From: Styela clava
Taxonomy: Eukaryota
Assembly: GCF_964204865.1 (NCBI RefSeq)
Contig: NC_135264.1
Location: forward strand, 6,820,001-6,884,000
Direction: 5' to 3'
DNA length: 64,000 nt
Below the pieces are notes generated by a model. It had not been told where the DNA came from and searched no databases. It worked only from the letters and a program-made list of their open reading frames with translations. Every line of letters begins with the position of its first letter. Position 1 is the stretch's first letter. Below are positions 32,248-46,365 of the stretch, piece after piece. The position numbers and the translations under genes are program-made.

Positions 32248-32870
32248 GTATTTCAACGTCAAATGAATGGCTTTGAAGACTTTTATCGTGGATGGAATGG
32301 ATTTGGAAATACGATTGGAGAATTTTGGCTTGGTGAGTTTTTTATTCATTTGAATGGCATGAACCTCATCATGCTGCAACATGTTCCTTAAAATGTTGTC
32401 AATTGAAAAATGCTATATTTTATCCCCATATTTTAAATACCCATATTACTTATTGTCATGCAACCATCAATGGAAATACTCTTGTTGATAATAGTAAAAA
32501 AAAACATAAAACTTCATCAAACCAGAAACCGGATGACGATGTTCTATAGAATCTATACAATCTGGTAAAAATGAAAATTAACTCTCCGCAACTGCTAGAC
32601 GCAAAGACATCAGTCGATTACGTGAAGAGCACCATATATAGCTATGTGGACAACAATTTTAGAAGCCCGTACTTATGTTACTGATATACATTATGAAGCC
32701 AGTACTTTCATTTTTAGATTTAGAAAATATCTATCAGAACTTGAAAAAAAAAAAGACATATGAATTCAGAGTAGACATGGAAGACTGGGAAGGAAACAAA
32801 GCTCATGCAAAATATGGGTATGCATGGTCATTACAGTGGGGATGCTGGAGACTCCTTAGTCGTCCATTAA
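32248..32870 (+). pseudogene. Truncated fibrinogen-related pseudogene (exons 4, 5 and a piece of 6)
   Basis: Exon 4 at 32248-32332 has a 12-nt deletion; exon 5 at ~32718-32817 has a poly-A slip; then a fragment reading GHYSGDAGDSLVVH*. Confidence 0.85.
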
Positions 32871-34137
32871 AGAGCATTTATTTGCTAGGTTTAACTATCC
32901 TAATATTTCTGCAAATCATATAATTAAATTAAATTAACATAAACTTCCGCCAGCAGATAATTTAGTAGAAACCCGAGCTCGTACGACTCAAATATCGTTC
33001 TACTATTGTAAAAGTATAGCAAGGTGCTAGCAAAAACATGTATGTAGCGCTGGATTAACCATAAAACAATATAAGCACGTTCTTACGTTTTCTCTTCAAC
33101 TATTGGACTGTATATACAATTTCCTACCTAGCGAAATTCCTTTAAAATATCACAATCTGACCCATAAAAACTCAAATTCAACTTTCTAATAAAGCCAAAG
33201 TTAATTTCAACAGGATGCAATTAACTTCCAATTAACTACCCATCTAACCCATGTCAAAGAAACTTCAGATTTTGCTGTACTTGTTAGCATTGCACATCTT
33301 GTTTACAGTTATTATTGCTCATTTAGTCAGTACTAACTTTTGCAACGTGAAAGCGTAAGTACGTCTGAAAATATGAAAGAACACATATATTGAAAAACGC
33401 CATTACGGCCTTACCACATACCTTCAAATGACGGTGTCAGTGAAAAACGAATGAAACGTGTAAAAACTTGAATATAACATCACTCTAATAGTTGGGACCG
33501 AGATCGTGTAAGTAAAATAGTAAACAGGCTCATAAATAACCTTCCAGGATAGAGCAAGATGAAAAATTCAAATATTTTCTGGTTTGATATTAAATAAAAA
33601 AGCAAATCAGAGTTATGAAAATGATTGGATGGTGCGGTTTCACTGTCTAATCTAGATATATGATATTTTGACAATAAGAAGAGTGTGGGAGTATTCGTAA
33701 GATTTCAAGGCTGAGCAAATTTCGAAAGCGTAGCGAGAATTGGGAAGTCTTCCGGCGCTGTGTAAAGTGCCGGAGACAAATTGAAGAAATCAATAAATGT
33801 TTCGGCGCATTCTCCAAACTTTTGTCAATTTCATATAACGACTTGCTGACGCATCGTTTATCAATTATCGCAATTAAACTATAACGAAGCTCATTAAAAT
33901 CGGGTATAATTTTTGTTAAGTAATCTAATTTTCAATTCATCTCAGCGTCGTCAAAGAATGATAGTCTGTTATTTGTGTATCATGGTAAACTAACCGAAAC
34001 AAGTGATAAGCTTTGAATTGAATGAACAACAATGAAAACCTTATTTTAGACTGATGATTTATTATTACATTTATACGTAAAACCATACTAACACATATAC
34101 ATATACATTTTCCGTTAGCAGTTAAATTAAAAGTAAC

Positions 34138-34336
34138 ATGAGCCAGTACAATAATTTTTTAAGTTTAGAAAAAATCTATCAGATCATGAAAGGTAAGACG
34201 TATGAACTCAGAGTAGACATGGGAGACTTGGAAGGAAACAAAGCCTATGGGTTGGGTTTGACATCGAACCTCTAAGTTACTAAAGTCGCAGATCATGACA
34301 CTTCATCTGGCAACAGTGCTGAGACAAAAACTGTGA
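34138..34336 (+). pseudogene. Extremely condensed fibrinogen-related gene relic
   Basis: gtaacATGAGC start context joined to the exon 5 acceptor, exon 5, part of exon 6 (TKxADHDTSSGNSA) and the terminal gagacaaaaactgTGA. Downstream sequence matches the gene A 3' flank. Confidence 0.8.
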
Positions 34337-34999
34337 ACAAACTCAAATAGCACAACAGTTGATATAATTGAACTTTTGAAGATTGAACTTTTCATTTTCA
34401 TGATTTCTTTAATAATAATACATGCTTTACGACTTTAAATTTGAATACAGCCTGATTCCATTATCTAATTTGCCATCGGCACGAAAAGGGCCAAGAACGC
34501 TTTTCGTGTAGGTGTGGCGATTGAGTATTGCTATATATACAATATAACTACATTCCTGAAGAAAACTTGGACCTTCCCTTAATTTGGTATATCCGACAAA
34601 AGCACGAAAAAAAGAGCAAAAAAATAATTGAGAAATAACTGAAACTTAATATTAGTACGTTAACACGAGTAGATCTCATGAATCACACAAAGTTATACAA
34701 ACCGCGATTTTAATTTTTATGACATCATCACACAAAATTCTATTTTGAAAACCGAATCCCATAGAACTGCAGAAATTTGCGAAATAGGTAAAAAGAGACA
34801 ATCTTGTGGCGACAAAAGCAGTGTTTTTTATCGATGAATTTTTACAGCAATTGTTCCAAAAGTAACATAAATAAAAGCAAAACGACTTTCAGGACCCCAT
34901 CGTATGAAAAAAACTTATCGTAAACGACACAGTTCGATGATTGGGCATATATATTGACTTTGGGAGAAAGAGGTCAGCAGCGACATAAGTAAATAACTT

Positions 35000-35840
35000 G
35001 CATGGCTGTATGAGTATATTGAGTTGTCTATGTTAGCATTTTACATTGTCTGTTCGTGTACATTACTTGGATAGCCGTATATGTATATTGCTTTGATTGT
35101 GTATTCATATGCTATTGGCAATTCTATGTAAATAACTTAATTGTGTGTTTATCAAATTAACTATATACAAACGACATTGTCTGTGTATGTACGTTAAATA
35201 CACAGACAATGTCTATATCTAATTGGATGCATATGCATATGACATTCGCTCTGTATGTACATCTCCCAAATTGCTGCATATGTATATCAGGTTGTCTGTT
35301 TATGGATATTTCATTGGCCGTGTAAGCATATTTGATTGGCGCTGTATTTATATGAGTTGGCTGTATGTTCACATTTTGGCTGTATAGGTATATCGCGTGT
35401 CTAAACTCACCCGCTCGAATGCACGTCAGCCCGTTAGTGTATTTATTATTAGCTAATTTCTATACATTGATTGCAACGCAACAATTTATTACACGAGCAT
35501 GTGATAGATTTTTATTGCCCAAAAATGAAGGTAAAGTTCATGTTGATATTATTAATGGCTAGTTCATCATACACGTTTCGTTTCCATTCCAATATGATTG
35601 GTCTCGCAATGTTTGCAGCAGTTCACGCAAAGTATTGGACGATGACGTGATCGCGGGCATCGTGCGCCTTGTAGGAGAAATCTGATATTTAACGACGGTA
35701 ATAAATTTGAATACATATATATGCTCTGCAAACATTGAAGTCTTGAAAAATTATTTGCGTCTGGCCGATAATCTTTCTTTGTATATTGCATAAAGACCAT
35801 GTCACATTACTTTGGTGTCACAACAAGCTACGTTTCCTAA
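35000..35840. repeat. Duplicated segment containing a degenerate ~21-bp tandem array (second copy 42004-42680)
   Basis: Repeated ttggctgtatgtgtatat-like units; shared ccgttagtgtatttattattagctaatttctataca and ctttggtgtcacaacaagctacgtt in both copies. Confidence 0.7.
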
Positions 35841-36193
35841 ATTGCTGTGGAATATGGTATAAGAAATGAAGGATATCAACTAGGCCATGTCGAATTGGAA
35901 TGTCACATTTTCAATCCATCAAACGTAGGAGGACTGTAAGCAGTTTTAAGAGAAAAACTCCAATACTTTTCTATATACTGACAGGCAACTTATAAATTGC
36001 GTTACAGAACTATTTGACATCTCTGATTGGTGTCGGTACCGAAACCAATAATACAAATAGGCATCGGCAAAGGCAATCGGAATATGCAATACATCGACGG
36101 AGTCTGCTAAATAACTATATATATATTTCCAGACATTATTGATTGATTGAAGTCTGCCAAAATGTATCGAGAAATCTTTCCACAAAAAAGAAA

Positions 36194-36577
36194 ATGACTT
36201 TTTCTCATTGGGGACTTTCAAGATATTTATTATAAATCACGATTAGTTTTGAATTGGTCGTATTAATGCAGATTTTATTCGCCGTAATACACTGACTTTG
36301 CAACAAAATTGAGGACATTCAAAACCTGTTTTGGCTGTCTCCTTATTGGTGGGAACTGCATTTTCACTTCTTTGTTGAAAAACAGATGACTTTTTCTCAT
36401 TGGGGACTTTCAAGATATTTATTATAAATCACGATTAGTTTTGAATTGGTCGTATTAATGCAGATTTTATTCGCCGTAATACATTGTCTTTGCAACAAAA
36501 TTGAGGACATTCAAAACCTGTTTTGGCTGTCTCCTTATTGGTGGGAACTGCATTTTCACTTCTTTGTTGAAAAACAG
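36194..36577 (+). repeat. Near-perfect 192-bp tandem duplication
   Basis: Units 36194-36385 and 36386-36577 differ by about 2 substitutions. Confidence 0.92.
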
Positions 36578-36606
36578 AAGAATATCAAGCGATTGACTGG
36601 GACAGG
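36497..36606 (+). pseudogene. Isolated lipocalin exon 1 relic
   Basis: Ends LC*KTEEYQAIDWDR|gtaaga like L1/L2 exon 1. ATG lost, in-frame stop, splice donor intact. Confidence 0.8.
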
Positions 36607-36975
36607 GTAAGATTGTTACCAATTTTATAAAGAAAGTGCTGCATTACCAGACAGATATAGGGCCAAAAAAGTTATATATATATATTCATATTGCGAGTAT
36701 TCAAGTGCTTGGCAAACCATTCACAAAAAAGACGGAAGACATGCACTCTGAACAGTAATAAAAAAACAACACTACGTTCAGAGTACTGATATTTGGGTTT
36801 AGAAAAACATAATCAGTTGCAGAGAGAATATAAAAAGCAAAAAAATTAACTGTAATATTCCAAGTAAACATGGACGACAAATTTGACAAGTGTTGATTCA
36901 TCTATGTCTTTGATAAAAATATGCTTCGAATTAGTGAACATATACTTTTCCGTTAACAGATAAATAAGAAGTAAC

Positions 36976-38914
<1,939 letters not shown>

Positions 38915-39744
38915 CCGATTTATATAAAACGTTTACATACAATATCCATTGGTCAGCATCTGTAAAATATATACTTTACAACAATTATAATATTAACTTA
39001 CACGAATCCAGATTTTTTTTATAAGGATTATAAATTAACCATGTGATTTAAATAATAGACAAAGATTTCCTTGAAATACCTAATCTTGTTTAATAAAGAT
39101 ATTCAGTTCAATGGCGTCTTTATGTTTCCTCTTATCGGTGGTCTGATAAATATTCCAATGATATCAAAGAGCATATCTTATTAGGAAAAGCAACGCCGTT
39201 TACATTAAAATGGTATCGTTCGCTCGATAGCTAGAAACAAGGATCTTATCGACGATACTTCATTGATAAACTATTGCAGAGATCACTTTCGTTAAGAGTT
39301 TTTAAATGAATCAACATAATGTAAAGCAAAAATTTCACATTTTACGGCGTCGAAATTTCCAAATCACTTTACGTTAGCGCATTTTCCTAACGGGACCTTT
39401 GACTGGGAAAAGTATATCCTATCGATGTCTTCGTGACCCAAGACGTACGTACCTAAGTCGACAGACTTGTGAGATAGAGAGAGTTGGCAAAACCGAATTA
39501 AAGATTGCAACAACATTGCCCTGGAGAATACCCATTCTTTATAGAGCTTTCCTGACTGCTCCTTTGATTTGGCCTGCGATCGTAAATCCTAGTATCATCC
39601 GACTCTCTATGAAAAAAGTTTGGTGACCCCTTGCAATGTCTTGGGGATTTTTAGGTCATCACTATTGTCTTTTGTTTATAAGTTTAATTCTTACTTACAC
39701 ACTTCATCAATTTATTCAGACACTGTATTGGAACGGTTCATGAC

Positions 39745-40484
39745 TAGGGATGTAAGTTTCGAATATTTTATTTTCGAATCGAATTGTTCCGATTCGAATA
39801 TTTCCGAATCTGATTCTATTTAGTATAACATCATATTTTCGTTAACTTTCCTTAAATTTGGAAGAACTATAGCATAAAGTGTGTTAAGATATCAATAATG
39901 AACTTGAAGAATGAATATTGTTAGTAGAAAAACACATTGAATGATTGCATCAACTATCTAATATATTAGAGAAGTTTTGTGTAGTTTGTATAGTGATCGT
40001 TTCTTCTAAAATTAACTTTCAATATTTACCCAAATGATAAACGCAAGTGAAACATGCGTTAGTATCGTTTGCGCCGTATTTTCAGGGGAAAGCAAATGAT
40101 ACCGAGGGAAGAAATCGCAGACCTATGTTTTAAATGAGGAATAATGTTATTATTATAATGACATTACATAGATAATTAGTAGGAACGTTTATATAATGTT
40201 AGATTTGTAAAACTTCTTAACATTTTAAATAGTCTAAAAAACATGGTTTCCTCTAAAGCTGCGACCCATGTAAAATACTCATAGTGTTCCGACTCGGGAA
40301 CGCTGCAAACATTGGGGTAATAAACGCTTTTGGTCGATGTTGAGACCCGCCCCTGCATTGTGCAATCGCCGCGCGTTATATAAACTATAATTTTTTTTAA
40401 AGTAGAATCAAGCCGTTTCTTCTTAAATTGCTTCGAATCAAACTCAATTCGAATCGCTTCGAAATTCTGAAACTCACATCCCTA
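39745..40484. mobile_element. Non-autonomous hAT element
   Basis: TIR tagggatgtaagtttc / gaaactcacatcccta; perfect 8-bp TSD ttcatgac; ttcgaat subterminal repeats. Confidence 0.9.
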
Positions 40485-40744
40485 TTCATGACATCTATTT
40501 AATACTGTCATTTTTTAAACATAATTTGAAGTAACACCAGACCATTGTGTTGGTTGTGGGACAGTTTCTTGGGCTTTCCAGGTTTCAGTGAGTGCAGGAG
40601 TGAGTTAAACGACGGTTATACACGGCGGAACATACGACTGCAAGTCTGCGACAAAAGATCTTTGAGATTCAATTTTACTTGAGTTGTTTGAGCTTGCTTT
40701 CAAATTATTAACAGAACGCGAAAACTTCTTTTGTTTTAGTTTCT

Positions 40745-41355
40745 TACAAATCTTCGCAAAATGACCATAATTATTTCAATCGAAACATTCTCGGCGTTAC
40801 CTGGACACTGTCCTTTATGTGGAAACGAGCCGCAACAATAAAAACTAATTTTCAAGTCATTGTTTTTCTTGCGTGTTTTGTTTCGGTCACTGATTTGATC
40901 CGATATGCGTTCTCTCTTCTTCAGTGTTTCCTTCCATCAGAGACAAGTGAGATTTTGCCAGTTCCACTGTTTCACCAGTGTCGAGTAGTGATTTAAATAC
41001 ATCTTTTTGCTCAAACATTTTTTTCTTAATTCAGAAGATTTGCATCCCTGGATTATTTGACTTTTGATTGCCCCTTCTACCTTTCCAGGATCGAACTCAC
41101 AGTTTATTGCCATTTTCTTAAATTTTGTACAAAATTGATCGAGTCATTCACATTCATATTGCTTTGTGTTGCGAAACAGATAAATTTCGTACTCACTATT
41201 GGCTTTGGAGACAAAATATTCGGTCAATTTTCTTCTGGTTTCAGCAAATGAATCATTTTCTCCCTTCAGGGTTTCATAAATGTCGTAACATTGCTAACCC
41301 ATGTAGTGCAACATTAGAGATTTCTCCCTTAGCTTGTCTTCGTCAGAATCGTTGA
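40745..41355 (-). mobile_element. Decayed Gypsy-type LTR retrotransposon gag
   Basis: LMLHYMG*QCYDIYETLKGENDSFAETRRKLTEYFVSKANSEYEIYLFRNTKQYECE*LDQFCTKFKKMAINCEF, and a zinc-knuckle relic FYCCGSFPHKGQCP...CFD*NNYGHFAKIC. Confidence 0.8.
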
Positions 41356-41683
41356 TATTCATTGCGAGTGCCACATGACACACGATTATAGCAGATAAAA
41401 TAACAAAGCGACAAAATACAGTGCTTACTCAGCGACAGCCAGAGCTCGAAGGGAAGACCGTGCAAACCGCAGCATAATTTACATATGCAGTGATGGTGGT
41501 TGGAGTCGAGAAGCATGGTCTGACATTGAGCTAATTAAGGCTCAGACTCAGCATATGCAATAACTAAACAAGAAATCCAAATGAAATATAAAACAATAAA
41601 AAATAGGACAACTCCAATCCCGCCACAGCAGCAAGTTGTTTATGGAAAAAATATATGCGGAACAGTTGCAAAATTATATTTAG

Positions 41684-42003
41684 ATCGGTATTACCCGAAT
41701 AGTTGTCGAGGAACTCATTTCTCTTTCTTGGAATGAAATCGGAGGAATTTTTGAAATCTATCCTACCCAGGTTTCTGAAACGATTGAAGTTTACTGTGAT
41801 CTCATGACAGATGGAGGAGAATGGATTGTGAGTTGAATCGATTCACTTAATTAAATTAGAATTTGTTAAAAAAATATCTAAAATATTCATGTTTAATAAA
41901 AACAAAACAAACTAGACTTGAAAGTGTAATGTTTTTACACGTCGAATGGATGGCTCTAAAGACTTTTATCGTGGATGGAATGATTATGTAAATGGATTTG
42001 GAG
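41684..42003 (+). pseudogene. Fibrinogen-related pseudogene fragment (exon 3 and partial exon 4)
   Basis: Exon 3 has a frameshifting ~8-nt deletion; exon 4 lacks its acceptor and is cut at 42003 by the duplicated repeat segment. Confidence 0.85.
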
Positions 42004-42680
42004 TATGAGTGGCTGTAACATACATACGACATTGTCAGTGTATGTGGATTACTTGAATGGGCGTCTCTGTATATCTAATTTGCTGCATATGCATATGACA
42101 TTGGTAGTGTATTTATATCACACAAATTGCTGCATATGTATATTAGGTTGTCTGTTTTTGGTTATTACATTAGCTGTATATATGTACACTTAGTTGGCGC
42201 TGTATTTATATAGGTTGGCGGTGTATTCATATTTTTAGCTGTATAGGTATATCACGTTTTCAACCTCAATTGCTCCAATGAACGTCAACCCGTTAGTGTA
42301 TTTATTATTAGCTAATTTCTATACATATATCTGTAACGCAACATTTTATTACAAAAAGCATGTGATATATTTTCATTGCCCAAAAGTTTAGCTGGAGTCT
42401 TTATCAAAAGTTAGTTCGTCGCACATCGTTTTGTCTCTCTTCCAATACGATCGATCTCGCAATGTTTGCAGCAGTTGAAACAAAGTAATGGACTATGACG
42501 TGGAATCTGGAATGGAATCTGATATTCAACGACTGCAATAAAAAATTTGTATATATATATATATATATATGCTCTGCAAACGATAAAGCGAAGTTTCTCA
42601 AAATTATTCGCGTCTGGCAGATACCCTTTCCCTGTATATTGCATTATGGTCACGTCTTTGGTGTCACAACAAGCTACGTT
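42004..42680. repeat. Second copy of the 35000-35840 segment
   Basis: Direct similarity along its length; paralogous ORF-track peptides MVFMQYTKKDYRPDANNF / MTIMQYTGKGYLPDANNF. Confidence 0.75.
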
Positions 42681-44914
42681 AAAGGACTATTTGTCATCCC
42701 TGATTAGTAAAGGTAAAGTTACAGAACGGGTACTCAACCAATAATACAAATACTGTATATATATATTGCATACATCGATATAAGCGTGGAACCTTACTAC
42801 AAATCTATTACGGTTATCACTTGTTTCGTTTCTTTTTTATTGATTTTTCTCAACGCTCGCAGGGTTCAAGTTTAATCAGCTATATTCTCCTGTCTATTAA
42901 CCAGAAATGTTCCATTCAAGTATTGCATACTTTCCTTTTAAAAATTTGTGAAATCAGTGCAAGCAATCGTGACGGGACATTATATGCTCTTTTTATTTAC
43001 CTATACAGTATTACTTTAGGGACGTGTACAAGAGTGTTGTAAGCCAGAGTCATAATATATAGGGATAATTTTTCCACTAGAGTAGATTTTGGATATTCTA
43101 GTTCGACCCCGAACACTCATGTCCATGTGGCCCTGTATACCATTAAGCCATCTCATTCTGTATTACTGATATTAGGGTTGGTCGTGTTTTTGTTGACCTG
43201 TATTTTATCTAATCAATCCATTTCTGCTGGATATTAAAGTTTACTCTTGTGAGCGAAGAATCGAACATATATTGTGCGGTTTTGTAGCACACCAAATCTA
43301 AGAGGGTTTTACTTACTTGGCATTATTGCGTACTTGTGACACTGCATGGCCGCACAATATTTGGTTCCACTGTTGTTGCAATATTCATGGCTAGATTGCA
43401 CATAATTTTGAAAATTTTGTCCGCCTATGTTTCTAGTGTGTACTTACTTTAATTATCTTTATTATAAAATAGGGAACTTCGTGAATATTAATCGAAAGGA
43501 TTTTGTCCATTGTCTCTTTATACAAGCGCCGTTCTAACGCTACGTCTGTCTCGACCTATTTTCTTTACTTTCATTTCATATTTGTTTATATTAGTATATC
43601 TTATATTTTCGAGACTATCATCACGCTCAAATATGTTGTTTTTAGAATTGTAAGAACAAGCATTACACAGGTCTTCACACATTTATTACCATTTTTAATT
43701 TGGGCAACTTTTACATAAAGCATTTCACTTGATTGGCAGTATACTCCTTGTTCAGCTTCCATGAAAATGAATCCCGATATCTACATGACAGCGATAAAGT
43801 ATGAACAACATTCTTTGGGTGGCTATACTCTTTGTAAACAGACTATCGGATTTCCAAAAAACATTGACATTTTCTAAAATCATTTATATGACCACTGTGC
43901 CCAATATAGCTGCGTGAATCGTGAAGATATAACGTACGTATTTTACAAATGCTGAATAAAGAAATATTGTATGTGAACTCATAGTATAATTCGGCTACTG
44001 CTTTTGCCTCATTTTCATTTCAACAAACTTCAAAGAATATTCATAGCCTTTCCAATGATACCACACTACAGAGATTGCGTGTTGTGCCTTTCCTCCTTCG
44101 ATATACAGCCCATTCAAATTTGTTGCATGACAAGCTCCGTACCAGAACGCTCCCTTGTACTTAACAGCACAGTTTTCGTCAGATGCTGTGTCGTGATCCG
44201 AGTCTTTAGTTGTGAAGGGTCGTCCTTGATGTTGGGAATGTCCAAGTGAATCGCCAGCATTTCCACTGTATTGACCAACCGTTAAACGATAATTTGTTGA
44301 AGAATCGCCGATCGAGAATGCTCTAGAAATAATATATATATATGAAAAGAGCAATTATGAAAATACAATTATAAAAAGCAACTATAAACTTGATTCTAAA
44401 TTAACGTGAAGGTTCGAAGTCCTACCCATATTTTGCATAGGCTTTGTTTCCTTCCCAGTCTTCCATGTCTACTCTGAGTTCGTAAGTCTTGCTTTTCAAG
44501 GTCTGGTAGATATTTTTAAACCTAAATATATTTTGTAGTCTTTCTCATATTGAATTAAAATATAACTATAAATCATGGATATGCCGATTGAGGATCTTAT
44601 ATTAGATCAATTCTTTGTAAGGAGTAAAATCTCCCAAATTATTGATTTTAAATCGATATAACCAGATATAAATTCTCTGAGTAGCTGTAAACGCTTGAAT
44701 CTTAAGCATATGACATTTGTCATCACTCAACAACTCAGCAATCATATTTCAAAAAATCTCCCAGATTAGTGAAATTCCCAAGGGAATGGCACTTCGTGAC
44801 CAATTCTGATTAATCGTGCGTCGATGTGGGTAAACGGAATCAGTTCCAGAAGTATGTGTACCAATATGGAAGTAACTAATTTTGTTCTCCTACTTTACAT
44901 CATGTTGTGTAGAG

Positions 44915-46365
44915 CAGTGGTCGGCAACCTTTTTCAAGTGCCGGACCGGTAAAGCCTGAACAAACTTTTGGCGGACCACCTTTATAGAAACGAACTAAGC
45001 CTATGCAATAAATTATACGCATTAGGAAATTCATGTTGACAATATACTAAAAACGACGGTAATTCTATTTAATGCGATATCTGTATTTGTTTGATGGCCA
45101 ATGTTCCCATATTCGAGATATAGTCGACATTGACACACGTAACGTGTGTTTCTTACATCCAGCCTACTTCGATATTTCGTTTTTGTAGTTATCAATATTG
45201 AAAACCAGGTCTCACATTAATAAAATTTCGGGGAAGTTAACAATGACTGTATCATTTTGTTGTGGAGATCTTATTCGGACTGATGAGAGACATTCTTATA
45301 TGGGCGTATAGAAAACAATTGACCCAGCATTATTGCGACATACTGATATGACAATTGTTTATGAAGTCAGACATGCTGCTCAGTAGTGTTGTGCGGTGGT
45401 CGGCAAACTTCATGTTCTTGCGGGCCAAATATACACATTTCCGGTAGCAATATTTCCGCCTTGAAACAGTCCCTACATTAATTAAACTTCAAATTATGGC
45501 GCATTCGCATTGCTGACCTTCTATTGCTGTGTTGAAATCCTGTCCCAATGAGATGTGTATGTGGCGTTTTTTTTAAATATATTATCCAACAATACATTGT
45601 TTTTATTTACTTATTATCAATGTGAAAAATGATGTTTTTATGGCAACTTTTGTTCAAATGATGATCTGACAAGCGAGTACGAAATTTAATCTAAGTGTAA
45701 TGCATTTTAGATGAAAGTGCTCAAAGCTTTATGTTCTTCCGAACGTGCACATTACACGTTTTGCAATGTCGCACATATGAGCTGTGGCGCAGTCCCGGGT
45801 CTCGGGGTCAAAATTTCCGACGACTCGTTTCGAAACGAGTTTAACATTGAAACCCTTAACAACTGCGATGCTGACTGGGCATACCGAGCAGACTGGTTTT
45901 GGAATGCGCAAGAAAGAAAAATATTTTTCCGTTCAAGCACTTTGGAATGCTCGATCCGCGTCGCTCCGTTTCCCAGACATTTTCAAATTTTAAAAATCAA
46001 AATTAACTCGAACGACATACAACTGACGCTACTTGTTACATAACAAGCGCCGTGCAGCAGCACTCGTCACCACATAAATCCGTGTAGAGACAATAATATA
46101 TTTGGGATCAAATTTTTGTTTTATGTATTAACATTCGGGTCTTTCGAGGGCAGCAACAAATTAGCTCGCGGGACGCCTGTGGTCCGCAGTTTGCCGACCC
46201 CTGGTTTTGTATTTGTTTGGTTTACTGCTGGGTGCTGTTTTTTAGTCGTAGGGTTTGTGGTTAGATTGTAGAGGTTTTATAACAGCCTTGTCCGTTTTTG
46301 TGTCACCGGCAGTAACCTTTCCGCGGACCGTCGATGGGCCGCGGCCCGGTGGTTGCCGACCACAG
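44915..46365 (-). mobile_element. Charlie/Buster-type hAT deletion derivative (middle layer)
   Basis: TIR cagtggtcggcaacc / ggttgccgaccacag; TSD gtgtagag / gtgtaaag; transposase C-terminal relic CETWFSILITTKTKYRSRLDV at ~45155-45215. Confidence 0.85.
45394..46203 (-). mobile_element. SPIN/GTF2IRD2-type hAT deletion derivative (inner layer)
   Basis: TIR cggtggtcggcaaact / agtttgccgacccctg; TSD gtgttgtg / gttttgta (6/8); relic MSGKRSDADRAFQSA*TEKYFSFLRIPKPVCSVCPVSIAVVKGFNVK fused to C-terminal-like AKRVMCTFGRT. Confidence 0.78.
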
